A DNA stretch of 64,000 nucleotides, from contig CAXWPJ010000006.1 in the NCBI GenBank assembly GCA_963664115.2, positions 1 through 64,000 of the forward strand. The letters run 5' to 3'. The position numbers were made by a program, and so were the translations under genes. The DNA is from Terriglobia bacterium. GTDB taxonomy: Bacteria; Acidobacteriota; Terriglobia; 20CM-2-55-15. This document shows, piece after piece, positions 54,063-64,000 of this stretch. The first letter of the stretch is position 1; the number at the start of each line of letters is the position of its first letter. The notes beneath the pieces are model-generated. The model made no database searches, had not been told where the DNA came from, and saw nothing but the letters and a program-made list of their open reading frames with translations.

Positions 54063-54096
54063 CGTTTTCTGAAGGACACAGCAAGAGGAGATTTTT

Positions 54097-54633
54097 ATGC
54101 AGAACATTCCGAGCACGTGGTTAGTTTTGACCCCCACAGTGACCCTCGCTCTCGTGATCTCTGGCTGTGTCTCGACAACCCTGCAGCTGGCCCCAAATCA
54201 CCCCGCTCGCATCGATGCCCCGAGCGGGCGAGTCGAGAGCGAACCCGCCGCCGTTTTGCGCCCTGTTTTGCGCCCTAACGTAGGGCTGTATCCACCGGGA
54301 GAACCGATCGCCACGGCTGAAGCGGAAAATCGCGAGATCGAACAACGTGACGATCCCGCGCCTGAGGGAACTCGTGAAGTGCCCTTCGAAGGACAGGGAG
54401 TGATACAGGCCGTGGCAGAAGGCCAACTGCAGATCCAGCATGGGATGATTCCGGGCTTTATGATGGCGATGACGATGACCTTCCCTGTGGCTCAGGAAGC
54501 GATGAACGATGCCCTCGAAGTCGGCGAAGAAGTCGTCTTCAAGATCGAACGTCTTCGGGAAGGCCGATTTCAGATCTTCAGCATCGAAGCCGTCGCGGAT
54601 GATCTGGACGAGGCTTCCGGCCCAACACGATAG
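54097..54633 (+). CDS. Lipoprotein with CusF-like copper-binding domain
   Basis: Lipobox ISGC; IQHGMIPGFMMAMTMTF. Confidence 0.8.
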   Translation: MQNIPSTWLVLTPTVTLALVISGCVSTTLQLAPNHPARIDAPSGRVESEPAAVLRPVLRPNVGLYPPGEPIATAEAENREIEQRDDPAPEGTREVPFEGQGVIQAVAEGQLQIQHGMIPGFMMAMTMTFPVAQEAMNDALEVGEEVVFKIERLREGRFQIFSIEAVADDLDEASGPTR

Positions 54634-54646
54634 TGAGGACACGACG

Positions 54647-56026
54647 ATGCGAAGATTTAGACCAGTGACGGGCTTGTTTCTTTTACTTGGGGCCCTCGCA
54701 GCCTGCGCTCCGCGTGATGCCGGATTTGGGTCTCTCGCGGTCCTGCTCCAACAGCGGGCGGGCCTCGATGCCGAGTGGCGGCAGCTTTCCCCCGATCCCG
54801 TAGCCGATCAAATCGTGACCGATCTGCTGGTGCAACCCATCGGCCCTGAACAGGCCGTTGATATCGCTATCATGAAGAACGCCGACCTGCAGGCGCGCTT
54901 CGAAGACCTTGGAATCGCGCGGGCCCAGCTTGTCGATGCCAGTCTTCCTCCCAACATCGAGTTCGATGGCGATATCGGTTCCTTTGCCGACAATCGCCGT
55001 TCGGATTTCGGCTTCGCCGCGACCCTCAACCTGACGAACCTGATGTTCCTACCACTACGCCGGGGCGTGGCTAGGGCCGGGCTGGACGCGGTTTGTATCG
55101 AAACCGGCGGCGCCGCGCTTGAGTTCGCATACGAAGTACGTAACGCATTTTATGACTACCAGGCGGCTGCACAGTTGCTGGAACTGGACCAGACAGTTCT
55201 CGACGTCGCGGCCGCGTCTTACGACGCCGCCCAACGCCTGTACGACGCGGGCAACATCACAGCTCTGGAACTGGCCAACGAGCGCGCTTTCTACGAGCAG
55301 GCTCGCAGCGAGGCCACTCTCGCGGAGGCTGGGGTACTGGGCCATCGTGAGGAACTCAACGTGTGGATGGGATTGTCGGGGACCGAAACGGACTGGCAAT
55401 TGGCGGGACGACTCGACGATCCGCAACCTGAAGTGGAGCTACCAACCGTTGAAACACTGGAAGGGCGGGCCATCGAAGACAGTCTGGACCTGCTCGGTCT
55501 CGAATACCGTTATACGGCCTCAGCGCGAATGGCCAACCTCGCCCGTGCAGAAGGACTTCTCCCTTCATTGCGGGCCGGGGCACGGGTCGGGCGAGAAGAT
55601 AGTGTTCGGCAGACCGGGCCGGTCATCTCCATCGAAGTGCCCCTCTTCGATCGGGGCCAGGGACGCGTCGATGAGGCGCGAGCCCAGATGCGGCAGCTGG
55701 AACAGCAATATCGGGCTCGTGCGGTGAGCATACGAGCGGGCGTCCGCCGATCACGAAACGAATTGCTGATCGCGACTCGCCGGGCCGAGCATTACCGGGA
55801 TGTCCTGTTGCCGTTGTGGGAGCAGATCGTCAGTGAGACTCAGAGGCAGTACAACGCAATGCAGAGTGGCGTGTTTCAGTTGCTCCTGGCGCGGCGTGAA
55901 CAGATCCGGACGGGACAGGAGTACGTCACAGCGCTACGAAGCTATTGGCGTGCCCGGTCGACGCTGGACCAGATTCTGGCAGGACGGCTGGTGGCAACGC
56001 GTGACGTTATCGGTATGTCTGACTGA
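54647..56026 (+). CDS. TolC-family outer-membrane efflux lipoprotein (copper resistance)
   Basis: Lipobox LAAC; PLFDRGQG and QYNAMQ.GVFQLL. Confidence 0.88.
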   Translation: MRRFRPVTGLFLLLGALAACAPRDAGFGSLAVLLQQRAGLDAEWRQLSPDPVADQIVTDLLVQPIGPEQAVDIAIMKNADLQARFEDLGIARAQLVDASLPPNIEFDGDIGSFADNRRSDFGFAATLNLTNLMFLPLRRGVARAGLDAVCIETGGAALEFAYEVRNAFYDYQAAAQLLELDQTVLDVAAASYDAAQRLYDAGNITALELANERAFYEQARSEATLAEAGVLGHREELNVWMGLSGTETDWQLAGRLDDPQPEVELPTVETLEGRAIEDSLDLLGLEYRYTASARMANLARAEGLLPSLRAGARVGREDSVRQTGPVISIEVPLFDRGQGRVDEARAQMRQLEQQYRARAVSIRAGVRRSRNELLIATRRAEHYRDVLLPLWEQIVSETQRQYNAMQSGVFQLLLARREQIRTGQEYVTALRSYWRARSTLDQILAGRLVATRDVIGMSD

Positions 56027-56051
56027 CGCTGGGGCACAAGGAGAACTCGAA

Positions 56052-57344
56052 ATGGTTTCGCGAAGAAGGTTTATGACAGGCTCAGCGATCGCGGGCGGCG
56101 CTCTTCTCGTCGTCCCCTCGAGCATCGCCGAAGCGCGAGCGCAGACGGCGGGAGCGACTGTTTCTTCCCTGGGCACGGGAGACGCCCCTTACAGGCCGGT
56201 CGTCACTCCCAACGGCACCTCTCTTCCTTACCGGCTGGTGGATGGCGTGAAAGTTTTCCACCTGAGGGCCGAGCCGGTGGAACATGAATTCGCTCCCGGA
56301 CTGAAAAGTCCGTGTTGGGGTTACAACGGCCGAACACCCGGACCGACGATCGAAGCCGTCGAGGGTGACCGGGTTCGCATTTACGTCACGAACCGCCTGC
56401 CGGAACCGACGACAGTCCACTGGCATGGTCTCGTTCTGCCCAACGGCATGGATGGCGTGGGCGGTCTGAATCAGCCGTATATCCGTCCGGGAGAGACTTT
56501 CAGGTATGAATTTCCGGTCTTGCATCCCGGAACGTTCATGTACCACCCGCACGTTGACGAGATGACGCAGATGGGCATGGGACTCATGGGCATGCTAGTC
56601 GTCCACGAACAGGATCCACCCTACGTCGTGGACCGCGACTTTGCCATCATGCTGAGTGAATGGTTCGTTCCGATCGGCGCCCGCCGTCCGGACCCACGCG
56701 AGATGACCGATTTCAACGTCTTGACCTTGAACAGCAAGGCTTTTCCGGCGACCGATCCGCTGGTTGTGGCTACGGGTCAGCGCATCCGTATCCGATTCGG
56801 CAACCTGAGCGCGATGGATAACCATCCGATCCACTTGCACGGCTACTCCTTCAACGTCACCCGAACCGACGGGGGCCGTATTGCGGACACGGCTCAGTGG
56901 CCGGAAACGACCGTCCTGGTACCCGTAGGCTCGACGCGGGACATCGAGTTCGTTGCCGACGCACCTGGGGACTGGGCGATGCACTGCCATTTCACGCACC
57001 ACATCATGAACCAGATGGGGCATGGAGGACCAAACGTCATCGGAATGGACCCCGACGGACTGGACACCCGCATCCGCTCGCTGTTGCCCGGATATATGAC
57101 AATGGGGCAGACCGGCATGGCCGGCATGGCCGAGATGGGGATGCCCGTACCCGACAACAGCATCGCGATGAAGGGCGTGCCTGGAAAACACGATCCCATC
57201 GACATGGGCGGTATGTTTACCGTTCTGAAGGTCCGGGACGGAATCTTGAGCTACGAAGATCCGGGCTGGTACGAAAATCCGCCGGGAACGTTGGCCCGGG
57301 AGGCCTCTGCCGAGGAGTTGACCTCGGACGGCATCGATTTGTAA
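56052..57344 (+). CDS. Multicopper oxidase (Tat-exported)
   Basis: Motifs HWHG, YHPH, HPIHLHG and HCHFTHH. Confidence 0.95.
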   Translation: MVSRRRFMTGSAIAGGALLVVPSSIAEARAQTAGATVSSLGTGDAPYRPVVTPNGTSLPYRLVDGVKVFHLRAEPVEHEFAPGLKSPCWGYNGRTPGPTIEAVEGDRVRIYVTNRLPEPTTVHWHGLVLPNGMDGVGGLNQPYIRPGETFRYEFPVLHPGTFMYHPHVDEMTQMGMGLMGMLVVHEQDPPYVVDRDFAIMLSEWFVPIGARRPDPREMTDFNVLTLNSKAFPATDPLVVATGQRIRIRFGNLSAMDNHPIHLHGYSFNVTRTDGGRIADTAQWPETTVLVPVGSTRDIEFVADAPGDWAMHCHFTHHIMNQMGHGGPNVIGMDPDGLDTRIRSLLPGYMTMGQTGMAGMAEMGMPVPDNSIAMKGVPGKHDPIDMGGMFTVLKVRDGILSYEDPGWYENPPGTLAREASAEELTSDGIDL

Positions 57345-57392
57345 TGACGATTTCAAGTATCGATTGATCAAACACCTTAAGGGAGCACTGAC

Positions 57393-57824
57393 GTGAAGAA
57401 ATTACTCTGGACCTCTTTCCTGATTGTGGCTTTCGCCACGATACCCGCGCTGGCCCAAGATCCGGGACCGGAACTTGTCCAGGCTGGCGTCACCGCGTAC
57501 AACAGCCACGACATGACCTATTTTGAACAGCATCTCGCCGATGACGTCGTGTGGCTGGACGAAGACGGTCACATCATGAACGGAAAGCGCACGATCCTCG
57601 GGTTCATCGGGGTCCTGTTCAACCAGACGCCGGTACGGACCATTAGCGTATCGAACGTGAGGATTGGCAACACCGCTGATGCAGCATGGGCAACTTACGA
57701 GTACACGCTCACGGGCGGTGAGGTGGAAATCATGGGCCTGAACACAACGGTCTTCAAGAGAGTTGGCAACGATTGGCAGATCGCAGTCGTCCATGGCGCT
57801 TTCAATGCGCCAGGACACCACTGA
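57393..57824 (+). CDS. NTF2/SnoaL-like (DUF4440) secreted protein
   Basis: LADDVVW and TTVFKR.G.DWQI..VH. Confidence 0.8.
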   Translation: MKKLLWTSFLIVAFATIPALAQDPGPELVQAGVTAYNSHDMTYFEQHLADDVVWLDEDGHIMNGKRTILGFIGVLFNQTPVRTISVSNVRIGNTADAAWATYEYTLTGGEVEIMGLNTTVFKRVGNDWQIAVVHGAFNAPGHH

Positions 57825-57897
57825 GCGTATGCTGGCCGAGGGTTTCAAGGGGCGCGCAAAGTAGAAGCATCTTGCGTTGAGCCTGGGAGACAAGAAG

Positions 57898-58920
57898 ATG
57901 AAGCGTGATGTGTGGACTCTTATCTGGACTGTCTTGCTCTTCTTCGGTGGCGGGGTCCCGGCTTTGGCCCAACGCGGAGAGGCTGGGCTCTTCCAGACTG
58001 AAAATGCCCGGTCCCACGCGGAGCTTGCTAGGGGGGCCGCCTATCGACCCGGACAGGATTTTACCTGGATCCACGACCTGATTTGCGTCGGCCCTCCACC
58101 TGCTCCCGCCGCGCCGGCCCCCGAGCGGGACGAGAGCGGTGCGCCAGCACGTTCGGTTTGGTATAGCGAGCCAGTGTACTACCTGCCGACCCGGACCCCC
58201 AGCGTGGCTGAAGGAGTAATCATCTGGGCGCTTACCACCTCAGATGGAATCATCCTCTACGACGCCGGTTTCGATTACAGCGTCGAAGAGATCGTCGACA
58301 ACGGGCTGAGAAAACTGGGCCTCGATCCGGCCGATATCCGCTACGTGATCGTTTCCCACGGCCACACCGATCACTATGGGGGCGCCCGCCATCTTCAGGA
58401 TGCGTACGGAGCGCGCATCGTCCTGTCCCAGACGGATTGGGATTTGATTAACGGGGATGGCAATGCCGACGCCATCAAACCCCGCCGGGACATCGTGGCC
58501 ACCGACGGCATGGAGATCACGCTCGGGGATACGACCGTCGAACTCCACCTCACGCCCGGCCATACCCGGGGTCCGATCTCGGTGCTGATCCCGCTCAGGG
58601 ACGGAGAACGGTGGCATCTGGGCGCCAGCTGGGGCGGTATGAATTTCAACGCTCGGTACTTCCGGGATGAGGCCGCTGCGCTCGGCGCCTATAGGGATGC
58701 GGCGATGGCTTACAGGGATGTCGTCGCCGAGGCGCGTGCCGATGTCGTGCTGGGCAGCCACTTCATGCAGGACATGACGCCAGAGAAGGTCAATGCCCTG
58801 AGGTTCCGCGCACCGGGCGACCCGCATCCGTTTGTGGATCCCGAGGGCCCCGTTCGCCATCTCACGGTCGTGGGTGAGTGCGCGGCGGCGCGATTATCAG
58901 CGGAGACAGAGTCCAACTGA
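57898..58920 (+). CDS. Subclass-B3-like metallo-beta-lactamase-fold hydrolase
   Basis: Motifs SHGHTDH, TPGHT and GSH. Confidence 0.88.
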   Translation: MKRDVWTLIWTVLLFFGGGVPALAQRGEAGLFQTENARSHAELARGAAYRPGQDFTWIHDLICVGPPPAPAAPAPERDESGAPARSVWYSEPVYYLPTRTPSVAEGVIIWALTTSDGIILYDAGFDYSVEEIVDNGLRKLGLDPADIRYVIVSHGHTDHYGGARHLQDAYGARIVLSQTDWDLINGDGNADAIKPRRDIVATDGMEITLGDTTVELHLTPGHTRGPISVLIPLRDGERWHLGASWGGMNFNARYFRDEAAALGAYRDAAMAYRDVVAEARADVVLGSHFMQDMTPEKVNALRFRAPGDPHPFVDPEGPVRHLTVVGECAAARLSAETESN

Positions 58921-59145
58921 TCAGGTCTCGGGTCGCTTCCGAATCCGGGGGAGGGCTTGATTTAATGTATCTGCGACTGGGACGAACGAAAGACGAGGTG
59001 ATCTCCTTTCGGAGTCAAGCGTTACAGCTATCGCTTGAGACCAACCTTCACGTCATTTTCATCTGGGCAGGGCCTCTCAAATTTGTTTATGCTCTGGGGG
59101 TAGAAAATTGGCAGCCCGTGACCGATTGAAACGGAGAGATGACTC

Positions 59146-60585
59146 ATGAATCGAAAAATGATTTCCATACTTGCTATCGTGGTTGTGACGCACCTGGCTC
59201 TGGAGGTTCAGCCTGCACCCGCTGCTCAGAACGATCTGAGCCACCGCCAGATCGAACAGAAAATTTGGTCGCTGCTCGATGATCCTGAAGCCGTGTACGT
59301 TTCACTACCCGATGCGGATTTCCGCGCACTCGGTCAAGGGTTCGACCTGCCCGACGGTGGCCAGGCTGTCACCGAACTTGCCCTCCAAGCTCCCGGTGGT
59401 GCGTTCGATCCACGGGATGTGGCCGAAATCCCCCCCGAACAACTCGGTTACAGGGCCGATTGGATTGTAGAGCGATACGAACGCTACAACCTGGAGTGGG
59501 ACATTAGCGGCTTCCGGCTGACGAGTCTTGATCCCGAGGCCCGGAGTTATCCCTGGCTCATCATCATGAACGGCGGCGCCGCGAACATGTATGAGTTCTA
59601 CGTCGATCTGAAGAACCGGCCCGGCTGGGCACAGTATCTGGCGCAGAAATTAAACGTGATGATCGTGACCATTCCCGGCAATTTTAAATACGGAGGATGG
59701 GACCAGGCGATCGAGGATATACGCCGTCAGCCGGCTTACTTGCTCGACCGGGATCTTCCCATGGAGGAATCCGAACTCCGCAACACCCTCCTGACGAACA
59801 GCCTGATCATGCAGGGCGTGAAAGCGCTTGTCATGAACCACACCGAAGGCGACATCCTGCTCATTGGCCATTCGACCTCGGGTGAAATTGCGATGCTTGC
59901 GAACGACGACCCGGAATTACGGGCGCGCCTCAAGGGGCGCCATCTGGGTTGGGGAAGCGGCGGACCCGCGCGACTCGATCGCGTTCGTGAAGCCCGGAAT
60001 CCTGACATCGTTGGAATAGCCGCTGTGGCGGACCAACCGAAACCGCTCCATATCCTTGACCGTCGCACCCCAGAGGTTTACAGCCGCGGCTACAGCGGGT
60101 TTCTGAATCCGCTGTATGAAGCCGGAATGTCTCATTATCAAATTGCGGAACGGTGGCTTGAGGTGGAGGGACGCCGGAGGGCCAACTTCAAGCAGCAGAT
60201 CCAGAACCTCGAGCACGGCGGGGGTATCGATCAGAAAGGCCGAATCGAGGTGGAGATCGAGAACCTGCTCAAGAAGACGGGTAATCCATGGGGCGTGAAT
60301 CTCGAGGACGTGAGCAAGGATCTCTTTTCCACTCATTACACGCGCATGGATGGCTACACGCAGATGGTGTGGACTGTCGCACACTATGACCGCAACCATT
60401 GGGTGCCTGAGGACCCCATGAAGAGTGTGGAAGTGTTCTTCGCGAACGAGTATCGCGCCAAGAACCCCGATGCAAAGATTCGTCTCATGGTCTGGGATCC
60501 TCTCATGACGCACTACGGCCATCTGGAGATGCCAAAGCAACTGGCCGCTGCGACCTACAGCGTCGTTCGTTGGTTCTTCAAGTAA
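59146..60585 (+). CDS. Secreted hypothetical protein, possible alpha/beta hydrolase
   Basis: Signal peptide, GHSTSG elbow, C-terminal H. Confidence 0.75.
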   Translation: MNRKMISILAIVVVTHLALEVQPAPAAQNDLSHRQIEQKIWSLLDDPEAVYVSLPDADFRALGQGFDLPDGGQAVTELALQAPGGAFDPRDVAEIPPEQLGYRADWIVERYERYNLEWDISGFRLTSLDPEARSYPWLIIMNGGAANMYEFYVDLKNRPGWAQYLAQKLNVMIVTIPGNFKYGGWDQAIEDIRRQPAYLLDRDLPMEESELRNTLLTNSLIMQGVKALVMNHTEGDILLIGHSTSGEIAMLANDDPELRARLKGRHLGWGSGGPARLDRVREARNPDIVGIAAVADQPKPLHILDRRTPEVYSRGYSGFLNPLYEAGMSHYQIAERWLEVEGRRRANFKQQIQNLEHGGGIDQKGRIEVEIENLLKKTGNPWGVNLEDVSKDLFSTHYTRMDGYTQMVWTVAHYDRNHWVPEDPMKSVEVFFANEYRAKNPDAKIRLMVWDPLMTHYGHLEMPKQLAAATYSVVRWFFK

Positions 60586-60803
60586 AGCGGCAGAGGCCGT
60601 CCGATGCAAAGATCAGCGAATGGAGGTCTGAGGAAACTGCCACATGCGTGGCTGGGGTGGGGCTGCGATCGCTTTGCTGCGGTCACAGGCAGTGCAGGCA
60701 CGCGATTAAACCCGTACCAGGGCGCCAGGCGGTTTGGTGCTGGTAAAAGACTGTTATTGACACCATGAATCGTGAGCGATTTCGATTGGTGGAGGACAAC
60801 TTA

Positions 60804-62558
60804 ATGACAAGATCACTGACTTCGGCATGCGTAGCCATCGTGATCGCAGCCACCATTACCCTGGCAGCGGCGATACCTGTCCAGGTGGGTCAAGCAATCG
60901 TGTTGTCTTCTGAGGTGGAAGCCACAACGCTGTTGATCCGGGGAGGCACACTGATTGATGGAACGGGCAACGCGGCGGTGCAAAATGCGAATGTCCTCAT
61001 TGATGGGAATCGGATCAGCAGAGTCTGGACCGGGGACCCCACGTCGGAGGATACGCCGACGGGCACAGAGGTCATCGACGCGCGCGGAAAGTTCATCATT
61101 CCCGGTTTGATTGATTCCCATGTCCACTACCGTGGATACATGGGCGAATTGTTTTTGGCCTACGGTGTGACTTCAGTCTACGACCTGGGGGATCCGCTTG
61201 CCTGGCTGACGGCGGTCAAGAAGGGCTTGAACGAAGGGAAGATTCGCGGACCGCGGTTCTATTTCTGTGGTCCGGCAAATTTCGTGGAAGGTGGTGCCGG
61301 CGAAACGAGCCCTGCGATCCGATCCCGGGGCGTTACCATCCTGCGGGGTCCCGAGGATGCCAGGCAGGCGGTTGCCGAGTTAAAAGAAAAATCGGACTGC
61401 GTGAAGCTGAGCGAGTTCATCACGGAGGACATTTTTACGCCGATCGCTCGCGAAGCCCGCACCGCCGGTATTTCTGTCATTTCCCACTCTTTGAATGCCT
61501 TCGAATCGGCCAGGTGGGGAATCAACGGAATGGAGCATATGACGGGCATAGCGCTTTCCACCATTCGAAGCCCGGAGGGCCTGAACGCAGTCGAGGGAAT
61601 GAACATCGAAGCGGGCCACAAGAACAGTTTGCTGTACCAGTGGATGGAGCCCGCCGTCTTTGACGAGCTGATCCAGTACCTGATTGAACGCAACGTATTC
61701 ATCAACCCGACCTTGCACTTCGAATGGAAAGCCCTGACCGAACATGCGCGCGAGCACGAGCTCGAAGACACGCGCCTCCTGAATCGACAGGACCTTCAGT
61801 ACGTACCCCTCAGCGAACGGCTGGTTTTTCTGGGACAGTACCACTGGGCGGACTCCCAGACCGCGATCGACAGGGATAAGTTTCTCAACGGCTACCGTAA
61901 AGTGCAGGAGTTCCTGAAGCGGTTTGTCCAGGCGGGCGGTAAGATCTATTCGGGGACCGACACAGCGGCCGCACTCACGCCGGGGCTTAGCCTGCACCAC
62001 GAAATGGAGCTGTTGGTGGACGCGGGTCTCACGCCGATGCAGGCCATCCAAAGCTCCACCGTTTGGGCAGCGGAAATTCTTGGGCTGGCCGACAGACTGG
62101 GAACCGTGGAGGAGAATAAACTCGCGGATCTGGTGATTCTGGGCAGCGATCCGCTCCAGAACATCCAAAATGCCAAGACCGTAGAGAGCGTAATCCGCGG
62201 TGGAGAAATCATGGACACCAGCTTCCACAGCGACTACCGGTTCCCGTTTCTGCGTTATGGGCCGGAATCCAAGCACCTGTATAACCCGGTACCCGCGCTA
62301 TCCGACGTCCAGCCGCCTGTGGCCGTGCAGGGGAGCGAAGTCACGCTGCGGATACTCGGTCAGAACTTTAATCCGAACTCGGTCGTACGCTGGGGTGAAT
62401 TGAGAGTACCCACTCAGTGGATAAGCTCGACCGAGCTTTCGGCAACGCTCCCCACCTCTCTTACTTCTGCGGTTGGAACGTTCCTGATCGCGGTGGAAAC
62501 GCCTTTGCCGGGCGGCGGAGTGACCGAAGCGCTGGAGTTCTATGTCACCTACCCTTGA
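60804..62558 (+). CDS. Amidohydrolase-family protein with C-terminal IPT/TIG-like domain
   Basis: Motifs PGLIDSHVH, GTD, KLADLV; G.NF….VV.W beta domain. Confidence 0.9.
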   Translation: MTRSLTSACVAIVIAATITLAAAIPVQVGQAIVLSSEVEATTLLIRGGTLIDGTGNAAVQNANVLIDGNRISRVWTGDPTSEDTPTGTEVIDARGKFIIPGLIDSHVHYRGYMGELFLAYGVTSVYDLGDPLAWLTAVKKGLNEGKIRGPRFYFCGPANFVEGGAGETSPAIRSRGVTILRGPEDARQAVAELKEKSDCVKLSEFITEDIFTPIAREARTAGISVISHSLNAFESARWGINGMEHMTGIALSTIRSPEGLNAVEGMNIEAGHKNSLLYQWMEPAVFDELIQYLIERNVFINPTLHFEWKALTEHAREHELEDTRLLNRQDLQYVPLSERLVFLGQYHWADSQTAIDRDKFLNGYRKVQEFLKRFVQAGGKIYSGTDTAAALTPGLSLHHEMELLVDAGLTPMQAIQSSTVWAAEILGLADRLGTVEENKLADLVILGSDPLQNIQNAKTVESVIRGGEIMDTSFHSDYRFPFLRYGPESKHLYNPVPALSDVQPPVAVQGSEVTLRILGQNFNPNSVVRWGELRVPTQWISSTELSATLPTSLTSAVGTFLIAVETPLPGGGVTEALEFYVTYP

Positions 62559-62676
62559 TGGTATTGGCCTCAGCCCGATGGGTGGATCATGTGAATCGTT
62601 ACGGGATAGTTTCCTGAAATCGGCACACGATCCGGAAGGGCGAGCGATCAGCGGAGCACCTCACAACTGAGGTCGG

Positions 62677-63927
62677 TTAGGGTGTCTTTATGCGGTACAA
62701 GTGGCTGTGGCTGCGAATGAAAAGTGAACCGCCTGCAATCGCCGTCGAGGCAAGCGTCCAACCATCGATCGTATTCGTTGCGAGCGAGCGAAACTCTTTC
62801 CCGGGTGCAATGACGGTCGTCACGCCCTCTTCGCTCAGGAAGTAAATTCGCCCGTCGGCATAGACCGGAGAAGCGGAATAATTACCCAAGACACGCTCTT
62901 GCCAGTATTGTTCTCCGGTGGTGGCATCGAGACAACTGATCACGCCGATATCACTGACGATGTAGAGTTCCTCGCCCACGAGGAGCGGCGAAGGTGTAAA
63001 CGGTACGGACCGCCGCCGCGTCCACTCGACGTGGGTTTCGCTGACGTCGCCGGTGCCGTCCACCCGCACCGCCATCAATGAGGGCTGCTGGAACCCGGTA
63101 ACGATATAGACGAGCCCATGGCCATAGACCGGACGTGGGACATTCGAAAACCCGTCGAGGGGATAAGCGATACGCCAGATCTCCTCTCCCGACTCCGGAT
63201 CGTAGGCCGCGGCCTGAAATGCACCGACGCTGACAATTTGATCCCGGTCTCCGACACGGATCACGAGAGGGGTCGAGTACGCCTGGCTGAATGGCTCCCG
63301 ACGCATCTTTTTCCAGCGGACCTCACCGGTATTCTTATCCACTGCCACGACAAAAGACTCGTCGTAGCCGTCACAGTTAATAATGAGCAGGTCCCCGTAC
63401 AGAATCGGGGATCCACCGTTACCATGCTGCGATATGTAGGGAAAGCGCGTCGTCCAGACAATGTCGCCAGACGTTGTGAGGGCGGCTGTGCCCTCGGCGC
63501 CGAAATGGACATAGACTCGATCGCCTTCCACGACGGGCGTAGGAGAAGCGTGGCTGTTCTTTAAATTCAGCAGAGTCGAATCCGTCATCCGGAATACTTC
63601 GGAGTTGACGACTTCCTTTCCGGTTTCGACGTCGAAGGCGATCGCTCGAAGCGATGCCGCTTCCTGATCGACGATCGCCGTTGTCACCCAGACACGTCCA
63701 TCGGCGACAACCGGGGAAGACCAACCTTGTCCTGGGACAGTGATCTTCCACCCCACGTTCTGCGTCTCGCTCCATTCCAACGGCAACGCGTTCTCTGAGG
63801 AGTGTCCCTGCCCCGCAGGACCGCGGAACTGGGGCCAATCCTGGCCGTGAGCTACAAGGGCGTTCAGGATCAGCAACGTTAGGAGGATGATTCGGCCCGA
63901 CATAGTTGACATCATTCTAATCGACAT
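62677..63927 (-). CDS. PQQ-like beta-propeller repeat protein
   Basis: DWPQFRGP, SSPVV and repeated D..TG…W motifs. Confidence 0.9.
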   Translation of the reverse strand: MSIRMMSTMSGRIILLTLLILNALVAHGQDWPQFRGPAGQGHSSENALPLEWSETQNVGWKITVPGQGWSSPVVADGRVWVTTAIVDQEAASLRAIAFDVETGKEVVNSEVFRMTDSTLLNLKNSHASPTPVVEGDRVYVHFGAEGTAALTTSGDIVWTTRFPYISQHGNGGSPILYGDLLIINCDGYDESFVVAVDKNTGEVRWKKMRREPFSQAYSTPLVIRVGDRDQIVSVGAFQAAAYDPESGEEIWRIAYPLDGFSNVPRPVYGHGLVYIVTGFQQPSLMAVRVDGTGDVSETHVEWTRRRSVPFTPSPLLVGEELYIVSDIGVISCLDATTGEQYWQERVLGNYSASPVYADGRIYFLSEEGVTTVIAPGKEFRSLATNTIDGWTLASTAIAGGSLFIRSHSHLYRIKTP

Positions 63928-64000
63928 TTCCGTAATATCGATCTCTCCTTACCACGACGCTCTCAATTGAAGCTCGATTCCTGATCAACCATATTGTTGA

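Noticed and set aside
53054-57344. Copper operon as a novel system
   Set aside because: The TolC-like, multicopper oxidase, CusF-like and YcnI combination is a known type of copper-resistance cluster.

Overview
This is a GC-rich bacterial window. Its gene content (TonB-receptor-like giant, DUF1549/1553-DUF1501 operon, DUF6152/DUF6644-type proteins, many metallo-beta-lactamase folds) resembles Acidobacteriota, which is an inference. Positions 1-15.5 kb and 53-64 kb look like backbone, including a copper-resistance operon at 53-57 kb. Between a tRNA-Arg(UCG) with a truncated tyrosine integrase (15.7-16.5 kb) and tandem tRNA-Val(CAC) 3'-half att-like sites (48.4-52.6 kb) lies a composite island. 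It holds six IS256 copies (two garbled), two IS1380 copies and an IS6 remnant. The main unexplained feature is a dispersed array of 11 copies of a 34-bp imperfect palindrome, TCAAGTCCTGAGAA-ATCATC-TTCTCGGACGTTGA. This has an 11-6-11 tyrosine-recombinase/dif-like core with an invariant 6-bp spacer, and often a 35-bp upstream accessory motif at gaps differing by multiples of 10 bp. The sites divide 24-48 kb into 0.35-3.9 kb modules (IS insertions excluded) of unrelated genes and gene fragments, suggesting an undescribed non-integron gene-cassette system. Several apparent frameshifts and the garbled IS copies are probably long-read consensus errors.
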